NCBI GenBank assembly: GCA_002269645.1
Contig: NIVC01001259.1
Location: forward strand, 160,010 to 224,009
Source of the DNA: Macrostomum lignano
Lineage: Eukaryota
Reading direction: 5' to 3'
Length of the DNA stretch: 64,000 bases
Shown here in pieces: positions 24,501 through 35,225 of the stretch. The translations under genes were made by a program, and so were the position numbers. The notes below the pieces were generated by a model. The model did not search any database, had not been told where the DNA came from, and saw only the letters and a list, made by a program, of their open reading frames with translations. Position 1 is the stretch's first letter. Every line of letters begins with the position of its first letter.

Positions 24501-24565
24501 GGCGGCCGCGACTGGCCGCAGCCGCCGCCCTGGCGCAGCGTCACCGAGGTTGCTCTGCTCACCAT
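8348..24565 (-). CDS. Shaw: Voltage-gated K+ channel, Kv3/Shaw subfamily (long isoform ~810 aa; short isoform ~739 aa ending at 11519)
   Basis: Exons (-): 24565-23981 (T1: [20 protein letters not shown], Zn motif HX5CX20CC), 20146-19519 (S1-pore: [30 protein letters not shown]), 18437-18075 (S6: [16 protein letters not shown]), 17906-17823, 15667-15476, 15175-15119, 13332-13196, then either 11692-11519 (stop) or 11692-11555, 9416-9347 and 8526-8348. All junctions are GT-AG and phase-consistent. An upstream in-frame ATG at 24616 is also possible. The core is certain; the C-terminal exons are less so. Confidence 0.92.
9961..11420. repeat. 14-bp satellite (agatcccagatcct)n built from alternating GATCCCA/GATCCTA heptamers
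   Basis: Near-perfect array of ~1.45 kb; same family as 58965-60437. Confidence 0.97.
11757..13160. repeat. 16-bp minisatellite (ctgcagtgacaactgc), ~87 copies, Kv3 intron
   Basis: Almost homogeneous array filling the intron between exons 13332-13196 and 11692; source of the 461-778 aa spurious ORFs. Confidence 0.97.
13433..13905. repeat. 45-bp minisatellite with 90-bp higher-order dimer
   Basis: Units alternate ...cactgatgcaagc... and ...cattgatacaagc... variants. Confidence 0.93.
14480..15052. repeat. ~44-bp minisatellite (gaactgtctatggcctagactgtcctactgacttaatcaatcgg)
   Basis: About 12 degenerate copies, ending just before the donor of the 57-nt exon. Confidence 0.9.
15788..17790. repeat. 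51-bp minisatellite, Kv3 intron
   Basis: Unit gtcactcagctccaggtgtgtcagatgggaatcagtgataccggagcctca, ~39 copies. Confidence 0.95.
18505..18588. repeat. (GA)n microsatellite
   Basis: Pure dinucleotide run. Confidence 0.95.
19008..19495. repeat. 28-bp minisatellite (tttacaggtgtcggattatcgaggagat)
   Basis: Direct tandem copies ending ~25 bp from the pore-exon donor. Confidence 0.93.
20160..20705. repeat. 15-bp minisatellite (gaggtggtcggtttt and variants)
   Basis: Graded variants starting just past the S1-exon acceptor. Confidence 0.93.
21372..21924. repeat. 16-bp minisatellite (ctgtgatcagtctatc)
   Basis: Direct tandem repetition. Confidence 0.93.
22797..23980. repeat. ~23-bp minisatellite (cacagctgcacccagcctgaacc)
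   Basis: The array abuts the T1-exon donor (23980), and its unit contains the donor-adjacent gtgggttcag on the minus strand. Confidence 0.95.
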
Positions 24566-24702
24566 GGCGGCTGCAACCAACTGTGCTTTGCTGGCTGAGC
24601 TCAGACTCTTTCGCATTACGGCCGCATCCGGCACTGCTTTGGCTAGGTTTCCCACCCGCCATTCCTCTGCAGCACCTATCCAGATGCGGCATCAGCAGCT
24701 GA

Positions 24703-24726
24703 CCAGCCAATCAGAAGCCAATCCGA
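24703..24726. promoter_or_regulatory. Two CCAAT boxes upstream of the Kv3 start
   Basis: ccagccaatcagaagccaatcc, ~140 bp upstream of the ATG at 24565. Confidence 0.35.
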
Positions 24727-24884
24727 GCGGCCGTCTTCATCAGATCAGCAAACAGACCTGCCGCTTGAACACGAGTTGCCGGCAGGATTTTTATCAGACT
24801 TAATCAAATATAAATCTTATTGTTACCAAGGTAAAAATATATAACGGCTGATATAATAAACGGATGCCTCTGTTGACCAACCGT

Positions 24885-26075
24885 TCTTCCATCTATGCTG
24901 AGCCTCCCAATTCCCATCAGGAGGATAATCTCCCCTTCATGCTGCTGAGCCTCCCAATTCCCATCAGGAGGATAATCTCCCCTTCATGCTGCTGAGCCTC
25001 CCAATTCCCACCAGGAGGATAATCTCCCCTCTATGCTGAGCCTCCCAATTCCCACCAGGAGGATAATCTCCCCTCTATGCTGAGCCTCCCAATTCCCACC
25101 AGGAGGATAATCTCCCCTCTATGCTGAGCCTCCCAATTCCCATCAGGAGGATAATCTCCCCTTCATGCTGCTGAGCCTCCCAATTCCCACCAGGAGGATA
25201 ATCTCCCCTCTATGCTGAGCCTCCCAATTCCCATCAGGAGGATAATCTCCCCTTCATGCTGCTGAGCCTCCTAATTCCCATCAGAAGGATAATCTCCCCT
25301 TCATGCTGCTGAGCCTCCCAATTCCCATCAGGAGGATAATCTCCCCTTCATGCTGCTGAGCCTCCCAATTCCCACCAGGAGGATAATCCCCCTCTATGCT
25401 GAGCCTCCCAATTCCCATCAGGAGGATAATCTCCCCTTCATGCTGCTGAGCCTCCCAATTCCCATCAGGAGGATAATCTCCCCTTCATGCTGCTGAGCCT
25501 CCCAATTCCCATCAGGAGGATAATCTCCCCTTCATGCTGCTGAGCCTCCCAATTCCCACCAGGAGGATAATCCCCCCTCTATGCTGAGCCTCCCAATTCC
25601 CATCAGAAGGATCATCTCCCCTCTATGCTGCTGAGCCTCCTAATTCCCATCAGAAGGATAATCTCCCCTTCATGCTGCTGAGCCTCCCAATTCCCATCAG
25701 AAGGATAATCTCCCCTTCATGCTGCTGAGCCTCCCAATTCCCATCAGGAGGATAATCTCCCCTTCATGCTGCTGAGCCTCCCAATTCCCACCAGGAGGAT
25801 AATCTCCCCTCTATGCTGAGCCTCCCAATTCCCATCAGGAGGATAATCTCCCCTCTATGCTGAGCCTCCCAATTCCCATCAGGAGGATAATCTCCCCTTC
25901 ATGCTGCTGAGCCTCCTAATTCCCATCAGAAGGATAATCTCCCCTTCATGCTGCTGAGCCTCCCAATTCCCATCAGAAGGATAATCTCCCCTTCATGCTG
26001 CTGAGCCTCCCAATTCCCATCAGAAGGATAATCTCCCCTCTATGCTGCATGAGCCTCCTAATTCCCACCAGGAAG
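24885..26075. repeat. 44/47-bp minisatellite
   Basis: Unit gctgagcctcccaattcccatcaggaggataatctccccttcatgct mixed with a shorter ...ctctat variant. Confidence 0.95.
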
Positions 26076-26729
26076 ACAATCTCCTCAATCAGAAACCAAA
26101 AGCATTGTTTAGTCAAAAGCTTGAGTGCTTGAACTTTCTCTTAACACGTGTAACATAAAACGTATAATGATGATAGATAATAGCAACTAGATAACCATAT
26201 CAGAATATTAGCAAGAATAATATTAATATTAGCAAAAATACGCACTTTGCTAGTTGTTTCATGATGAAACACGAGAGTAACAACAATTACATAAGCAAAC
26301 GGAGCATTATTAACAAAAGTTCACGTGCACTTTTAAATGTGCAAATCAATATTAACAAACGATTACGTACAACGTTAAATAATAGAAATAAAAAAGTAGC
26401 ATCAAGACAGGTAAACAATAAAATCTGAGTTCTCCTACCATCAGTAATATGAAAAGCGCAACAGAGGAATAATTAAAACGAGGTGACTTCTGGTACTGTA
26501 GGATAAGCACGGTGGCTCTTGACTGGTTATTGTTGACGCTTATTGCTTGACTCCCAGCTTCCTCTAGTTGCCGGGGGGGGGGATTAACGCATTGCAAAAG
26601 GTATCATGCGCATTAAAAACTTGAACACGTGCGTGCTAGGGCGCGGTTTAATTAAAAAAACTATTCAACACAACGAATGTTATTAGAGATGAATATTACA
26701 AACTGATAATGAGGGAGGCCAACAGGCGG

Positions 26730-29700
26730 TCACCCGTCGCCGTGGTAGAGATTCAGCTGTGGCAGGAACAGTCCCGGATGAGACGGCGGCAGGCGGGGTG
26801 GCGGAGCCCTGCCGGATCCCACAGGGATGTTGGCGGCCGCAGCTGCCGCCGCTGCCACGGCTGCCGCAGTCGATTGAGGCGCTGAAAAGGCCGGCAGTCC
26901 GCTGCCGCTGCAGGAGGTGATCGCGGAGTGCGACAGCGACGGCGTGGGAGCGCCCATCGGATTGGCGATGATGACAGGCACCAAGGTGGCTGCCGGTGAC
27001 TGCAGGAAGGGCAGCGACGGGAGCGGGGCACCGCCACCACCGCCACCGCTGCTGACGCCGCCGCTGACGCCGCCAAATCGCTGCGGGCCGCCGCCAAGCG
27101 GAATGGGCGGATGCGACAGGCCAGGATAGGACGGCATCTGCATGGGCGGGGCGCCGTAGCAGGGCGTCTTCTGTGGCACCCACATTGACTGCGGCGGCGG
27201 CGGCCCGGCCGGCTTCTGATGCTGCTGGCGCGCTGCTTGCTGAGGAAACTGCGTGTTAGGCGGCTGCGGAAAATGTGGCGGCATCGACACGGAGGATGCA
27301 GCTGCCGCAGCTGCAGCCGCCGCCGCCACAGCCGCCTCCCAGGACGCCGGGTGATGCCGGGCAGCGGCCCATTGCTGCAGGAAAGCCGCCGGATCCTCGG
27401 CTGCCGACGGAGGAAACGGCAGGTGCATTAACGGGTGCTGATGCGGCGGAAACAGGCGGTGATGAAGCTGCTGATGCTGGTGCAGCTGGTGCAAACTGTG
27501 CAGCTGGTAGAGCTCGTGCTGGCTAACGATCGGCGGTGACACTGGCTCGTTCTCGATTTTAGTCACCGGCGCGGCGGGTGAGATGGTCTCCAGTCTCAGC
27601 TGAAAGGGCGACGAACGCGCCGGCGGTGGCGGCGAAGTCGGTTGCGCCGGCGGCGGCGGCGGCGGCGGCGGCTTCGCAGAAGCAGCGGCAGTAGCGACGG
27701 CAGCCGATGACGTCACCAGGCGGTAATCCTGATCGTGAGCCTGGCTGAGCACATTCTCAATTACGCTGTCGATTGAGTCCCTCGTACCAGCGAAGCTTTC
27801 AAATGACGAGGCAGACGCGGCGTCCGTTGCGGTTGCCGCTGTCACAGTGGCATCTGGCGCATCGGCAGCTTGATTAGCAGCTGCAGCTGCGGCGGCATCC
27901 GCCGATGTTGTCCCGCGCCGCTGCGTCGGGTTGGCCGGCTCAACTAGCCTCGTTTTGCGCGGCCGGCCCCGCTTTCTGGGAAGCGCCACAGCCGACGGAA
28001 GCGACGGCGGTGCCTGAGTTGCCGGCGATGGAGGCAGCGGAGGTGGCGGCGGAGGCGGCGGAGGCGGCGGGGTTGGAGGCGGCGACTGAGGATGCGGCGG
28101 CGACGCCGGCGACACGTCGGAAATCTCCAGCTTGGGGGTCGCAGGCTCCAGTTTGGGTCGCTTCTTAGGTGGCCGGCCTTTCTTTCGTCGACCATGTCGA
28201 CGCTTTCGCGACGGAGCCGCCGCGGCCGCTGCCGCCACCGCCGCTGCTCGAGCTGCCGCAGTTGATGGCGGCTTCTTGCGCCGCTGTTTGGCTGCCGTTG
28301 TCGCTGCTGCCGCCGCCGCCGCAGCGGAGGACCTGCTTGACAGGCGATTATTTGCGGCGGTGCCGCTTGCCGCAGCGGCATGTCGCGTCCGCTTGGGCCG
28401 TCCGCGGCCGGCGCGACTGACCTGCTCATCAGTGTCGCTGGCTTCGCCGCTGCCGCCGCCGTGGCCACCACGCTGGCGGCGCAAGCAGCGCTTGTCGACT
28501 TTGACACGCAGCTGCAGGTCGCTGATGCACTCCTGCTCGGAGCGGCGGCCCAGAGTGCGCAGTTCGCCTTTGCGCTTCGGAGCTGTGAAATTTCAAGTGA
28601 AAAGAGGCTCTTTGTTCAGGGTGTCCATCAGAGAGACAGGACTCAAATAGAGGGTGTCCATCAGAGAGACAGGACTCAAATAGAGGGTGTCCATCAGAGA
28701 GACAGGACTCAAATAGAGGGTGTCCATCAGAGACAGAACTCAAATAGAGGGTGTCCATCAGAGAGACAGGACTCAAATAGAGGGTGTCCATCTGAGGGCA
28801 GGATGTCCGCCCTTTAGAGAGAAACTTACACTGGGTATCAACAGTAGAATGAGGTTACGGAACTCCCTAAAAGACGCTAGACTCGAATAGCAAGTGAAAA
28901 GTAGACAAGCTCAAGCAGCTCACCCAAAGACTCCTGCCGGCTGGCGTGCCGATTAACGTGGTAGAGAGGGTGCTTGCGCCGGCAAAAGAAGACTTTGGTG
29001 CCGGCCGGGCACTGCGCCAGACAGCCGTCACCAATATAGCCAAGCACCTGTTCGCGACTCCAGCCGTACAGGCAATGGGCCGCCGAATAGCGTTGAAGAC
29101 GATTGAATGAGCTCACTGACATTACTAGAACGTTTGCCTTGCTCCTAGCATCACGCTTGCCTGTGAGTAGAGTTTTAATCAAGTTAAAATTTTACGGATC
29201 ATGCGCGCCTATCTACTTATAGTAGGAAAGAAAGTTTTCACACTACTTATTTTTATCTCTAGTAAATAAAATAATGATAGATTAATGCCAAGCAACAGCA
29301 CAGCTGCTTACCGTGCGACGAAGATGCCAAAAAATCGGGTAAACTGTAGCCTTGCTCAGCCCAATTGCCAGTTCCATTGCCGCAAGCGTCTGGCGCGATG
29401 CACTTAAAGAAGTCTTCAAGCGTTAGGGTCAGCGGCTTAGGATGACGAAGAACTTCAAAATCAACCTGTAGTAGGGTAGTTGATTGTGAAAATATAAAAA
29501 CTACAGTAATCGTGACAGTCATCGAATTCACATTTATGCATATTTTCTCCGCTATTATCCTGTAATTTAAAGCACAGAAAAACCCTTTTTAACCCGCTAA
29601 TCATGATAAAAATAAAAATTGTGATAATAATGATAAAATATACTGACAGTTGTTTCAGCAAAACCAGCATTTAGGCCATATGAAAAAGTCTTGAAACTTA

Positions 29701-31062
29701 ACAAAACTATTTATAGTTTAGCTTATAAAAACTAAACTAAAAAGCCATTAGAATTCTTTCGGCATGCGCTGTACATTTTGCCAAGGGGGGTGGGTGGGTG
29801 CAGGGGGTTGCGATTTCATGAAACTTGTCATATTAAGTGCGCCGGCGCACAAGCCCCTCCCCCCTCCATTGGCCCACCCCCAGATTCTCATTGCTATCAA
29901 CCCCTACCCCCACCACCCGCCACCCCATTTTAAATCAAGCCTCGGTGGTTAGTTTTATTTGGGACGGGCGTTTTGAGAGAGGGGAGGTTGGCACTGGCAC
30001 AAGGTGCGCTCATTCATTCTCTTTTCCTCCTTTTTTATTAACTAAAGTCGAGAAGTGACCCCCCCCCGCAAAGGAAGGGAAGGAGAGAGGAGGGCGAGGG
30101 ATGGGGAGGGGGCGGGGAGAGAGGAGGGCGAGGGATGGGGGGGGGCGGGGAGAGAAAGTCGTAAGGAAAGAGAGACTTGTGCAAAGAGCGTCCGTATCAG
30201 CTGTGTCAGCCACCCCAGACGCCTCTCCATTCTCTCTCTCCCCCTCTTATTTCTTTAGTTGTTAGTAGATTGGCTTTGGCTGCGACCGAAAAAAACAGAT
30301 ACTAATAAAGAGCGCGTACGCACTACGCATTTGGGACAGAGACATAGAAATAAACCTTTGCCTGCCGTGTGGGCTGGCTGAACGTAAGGGGAAATGAAAG
30401 AATAGCTTTTTTGTTAAGTATGATTTGGAGGAATCAAGATTAGCTAGTGAAAAAAATATACTCATTTCTATAGGGGGTTGACAATTCAGATTTAGTACTG
30501 AACTTATTTTGTTAATTCAATCATTCTACAAAAAAGAAAAGAAAAAGGAAAAGGCAATGAAAATGTAAAAGAGCGTTTATGTACCGTTTTACATGACCAA
30601 ATATTTCTAAATTGACTGTACTCGTATAGTTGCCAACAGAAGTTTAGAGAAAATTAATGCATGGAAGTACACACAGCAGTCTGTTGAAAAATATTAACTA
30701 GAAAACAATAAAGCACTCACCGGCGGCACGAAGACCCGGTGAAAGCCCACGCAGACAACGCCAGACGCAGAGATTGGCGCGTTCACCCGTTTCAGTTTTA
30801 GGCCGTAATTAGCATCACGTGACACATAGCTGGTGGGGTAGAATACGCTGACGCTGGCCATCCGGCTGATGGCTCTGTCCTGCCGCAGGCGCCGCTGTAC
30901 AGGAATGTACAAGGCCTCTAGTCTGAGCAGGAAGCACCGGCCGGCCTTGCTCAAACTGGACCAGAAGCAATCGCCAATAGAGACTCGACGACCTGGGCCG
31001 CAGCTGGCGCTGGCAAAGTAGATCTCCGAATCGTTGCTGCTCAATGCGTCCTCGAGCTCCAT
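26730..31062 (-). CDS. BAH-domain / AT-hook chromatin protein, ARID5-related N-terminus, ~839 aa
   Basis: Exons (-) 31062-30787, 29465-29312, 29160-28924 and 28582-26730 join in phase (2520 nt). The N-terminus (RRVSIGDCFW...ASVSVFYP...EVL...LTLEDFFKCI...NVLVMS...KVFFCR...APKRKG) parallels the recalled ARID5B BAH region (RILSLGDFF...VKLEDLVKW...NVIVLS...ILYCR...APNLKG). AT-hooks RGRPKR, KGRPPKK and RGRPRK are followed by an Ala/Pro/Gln-rich tail. Confidence 0.8.
28617..28800. repeat. 33-bp minisatellite in the last intron of the BAH gene
   Basis: Unit agagggtgtccatcagagagacaggactcaaat, ~5-6 copies. Confidence 0.9.
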
Positions 31063-34000
31063 TGCTGGCCACCCGGATTGGCGCTTTAAGCTCTCTTGGG
31101 CGAAGCCTAAAATATGCGGGCGCCCGGCGTATTAACCTATCAAAGTTACCAGCTGCTTCATAGCTTTCAGCGTGTAAGAAAGAGTTCAGGAACAAAGTCT
31201 CACCTGGGGTCAACATAATTTTTGACAATTATCAAGTATAATATAACTAGCTTATCTTATTAGACGAATTCATGTGATATTATGCTCATGCATAAAAAAT
31301 CTTAAATCAGAATAATAGTTGATTTTCAATTTTCTGAGAAAAAACGCAAGCATATTAAAGCTGTCATATTTATTGTCTATGGCATTCAGCCTAATGGCCC
31401 AGTCAGAGGCTATAAATTGTTTATTGAATACGATTTGATTAAAATATGCATCGATCCATCATTTCTCACTTATTCTTTCAACTCTAAAAGCATACATTCT
31501 CTTTTGGTTTAATGAATGAGATCTCTTGAGAATGTAGATATAGATATAATGCAGGCATTAAAACTTGGAAAATCTGTTTTCTAAATGTTTTAAAAAGTGG
31601 GCATTCAATAATTTTCAGCTATAATAGTTACTGCCAATTACTAAACCTGCTATGCATAGAGATTTTTCTACCCCCTAATCTCCTACTTCTCCAATAGTTA
31701 GCAGCTATGACAGAGGCTAGCGAGTTCAATAACTGTGTGTGCCCATGCTCACACAAGCAATATTGGGAAGGGAGATGGCTTTTTTCATGTTTTTATTTCT
31801 ATATCACCCAATTTCTCTCCCCCGCTCAGCCTCCCTGCAGAGGCATACAGAGGCCGTACAGTGAGTGCATTGCCGAACACGCGTAGGGAAAAATACACAG
31901 ACAGCAGCAAACTAGACTAGAGACACAGGGCAAAGGAGCGAAGCGCGGGTAAAGGAGGAATAAGGAAAGAAATGTTTCACTACCAGCCCCACTCTCCCCT
32001 CTTCTTCCCTTATACTTCTTCTCTATCCCTCCACACAACCCATGTGCTGATCCACCAACCCCCTCACTAGATCGCCCCAACACAACTAGAAAAGCAACTC
32101 CCCATGCATGGAATTGATTTGTTCACTCAGTCTAAATAGGGGGAGAGGATAGGGTAACTGTATATAATGCGTTCTTATGTAAGTATTTGTAGGGACTATC
32201 GCAAAATTATTTGCTTACAGTTGGGGGGGGGGGTGAGTGCGTGCAGAACCGGGAGGGAGAGACAGTTGATGCACAAGTATACAAAACTTTCGGAGTCAAT
32301 GATCCGCAGCTGCTACTATAGCGAGACAAAACTTGAATGCTGTTACTGCTGCCTGCTAGGTGAAATTATATTTGGCTCACTGTTATGTAAAACAGAAATA
32401 CGGGAGCTTTACTTAAAATGAGTGGCCATAGTAATTAAAACACTACTTGACAAAAATAAATGCCATCCTATAAAATTCAGGAGGCCTCTGAATAAGCAAC
32501 TCACTTTCTAGGGGTGTTTTATTAGCGAACTCGAATTGTTATTCAATTTCAGATGATCAAAGTAATTCTACATGGTGCGGAGCAGACTATACTATATCAA
32601 AACAACAGATAAAATATGTAATTACGCTCGTACGATGGACTACTTACAAATAACATTTAGGATAATTATGAAAGATCGAAATTCGAAACGCGGGCTTAAA
32701 AGTTGCTACATTATTATTTTTAGTTTATATATAATTAACTTATTTTCTTGTTCCTTTTTACGACTATTAAAGATTTTAGTTAGCTACATACGAGATTGGT
32801 CATTGACATTGCTATTACTATTTATTAATTGTTTAAAGCGCCCAAAAACTACAAGGCTTACATAGTGTAAAGCACACGATTGGCTGAAGTCTCATTTGGC
32901 TCATATCATAGCCGTCAAGCCATGCGTTCTGTACGGCCTATGGCCACAGCCCCAGCTGTAAAGTAAGGGGGTGGGGGCTGCCAGTCTGTAAATGTACATA
33001 AACCCGCTAGGGAGGTGGGGTTGGGCCAGTGTACAAGACGAGAAGAGGCGGAGAGAGGCTAGTTTTTCACTCCAGTTTTGCGGGCCGTCCTGACACCTAG
33101 AGTTCTATAACCGCTCGCTCCCCACCCCGCCAGGCCCACCAGAGGAAGAATCGAGCAACTCACGTGTGCGTTTGCAGCCCTCCCCTATTCGTCCAAGAAC
33201 AAGCGCAGGCTTTCAATCTTTTCCGTCTCGTTCTTCTATCTCTTCTCAAGCCAGTATGGAACGGGGCTCACTTGTATAGCCTTTTTAGGCCTATAGAGGT
33301 TCTAATACTTTATTAGATTCTAATGTTTTATTAATTAAACAGTTATGCCTCAACAATTACACCTGTGACTGTGATTTATTCAACAGTGGCACGGCTGTCT
33401 TATGCTGAGGATGGCGATATTTAATTGGTCACGGACGATCTCGAACTAATTTTTAAATGGGTCATAAATACTGAGTTTATTGCTCTAATTATTCAAACTT
33501 CCCCAACACTGCTGATAAGAGCAGTATAATTTTAGATGGGAAATGACCGCAATATTTTATTACACTCTATATGATGTCCAGACAATACCATGACCACTAA
33601 CTTGCTGATAACATCTTCAGAATTTACAAAGGATACGTACTCGCAACATTACAGTACTACATTTAGTTATTATAATCATTACCATTACAATTATTGCCAA
33701 CATTTATGAAACTGAAAATAACAGAAAATTCTCAAAACTAACAGCATTTTTTGGCTTTTAGCTGCATGTATTCTTATACGATGTATTGAAATGTGCATGC
33801 AAGACAGAATAAATAAACAATGCAGAATTGTCATCGGCGTCGCATCCCTACAAATCTCTTTACGAAGCTACTAAGCTTAAGCTAGTACTCGTAGTTAGAC
33901 AATTTGAACTGGCTATAATATTGCTTCAATCTTGCTCGGCTTGTTAGCCAGGCCTCTATATTCAAATCGCCATTTTTCTTTCCCTGCGTTACATACATCT

Positions 34001-34719
34001 AAACTAATCACCCACCCCTCACTAAGTCTCCTACACTACTGCCCCCTTTTACTTCTTATCCCTTAGTCCTGGATGCACAAAAAACTCCCAGCTACCCTAA
34101 AATATCCTCCGACGCCCCATCAAAACCCGTCTCCCCTAAAGCACCAGGAGGATTGCAAAGCTGGGGTGGGGAGGTACGACGGAGGGGGTGGGGGCGCCGA
34201 GGAGAGACCGGGGGAATAGAGAAGGCACAGTATATTTCATTCCCTTCGCTTCTCTTTATAATTTCTTACCACTCATGCAAGCTACGATATTATCCTATTT
34301 CTCTATATTTCTGGGATAGGAAGCCACGTCAAATGCGGCCTACCCACCTCAGAGTGCAAGGAGCTTGGCCACTAAAGAGGAGTGGGTATCAGGCTGTAAG
34401 CTGATCTATAGGAGAGAACGGGAGAAATGCGATTCAGAAGTGCGTGCGCGCAAATTCACGTCATTGGTGTCGTGACTCGTGTGCCATTGGCCGAAATATG
34501 TGAAAAGTTATTTTAAACGGGAAATTGCTTGTTGGCTCCACATTTCTTCCTTTTAGATGAAAGTATCCATTTTTGCTATTTCTTTTACAAGTAATTGAGC
34601 ATAAAGAAAACTAAAAAAATGCAGTTGTTACATTTTATTTTTCACTACAAGGAAGGAAGTTGTTAATGTGTATGCAATGAAAACACCCAAGTAAGACCAT
34701 CCAGTTTTCTTCAAAACCA

Positions 34720-35225
34720 TTGAACCACCCCCTGCCCCATTCACCTAATCCTTACTTCGATCAACCATCGAGCCACCCCCGCCCCATTTACCTAATCCTT
34801 CGATCAAACATTGAGCCACCCCCACCCCATTCACCTAATCCTTCGATCAACCATTGAGCCACCCCGCCCCATTCACCTAATCCTTCGATCAACTATTGAA
34901 CCGTCCCCCGCCCCATTCACCTAATCCTTCGATCAACTATTGAACCGTCCCCCGCCCCATTCACCTAATCCTTCGATCAACTATTGAACCGTCCCCCGCC
35001 CCATTCACCTAATCCTTCGATCAACCATTGAGCCACCCCGCCCCATTCACCTAATCCTTCGATTAACTATTGAACCGTCCCCCGCCCCATTCACCTAATC
35101 CTTCGATCAACTATTAAACCGTCCCCCGCCCCATTCACCAAATCCTTCGATCAACCATTGAACCGTCCCTCACTCCAGTCACATAGTTCTTCAATCAATC
35201 ACTTAACCCATTCACCTAATCCTAT
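34720..35225. repeat. ~42-bp C-rich minisatellite
   Basis: Unit ccccgccccattcacctaatccttcgatcaactattgaaccgt, ~11 copies. Confidence 0.9.

Noticed and set aside
26683-28817. Multiple overlapping ORFs antisense or out of frame to the BAH/AT-hook exon
   Set aside because: Shadows of GC-rich coding sequence; only one frame joins the upstream exons.
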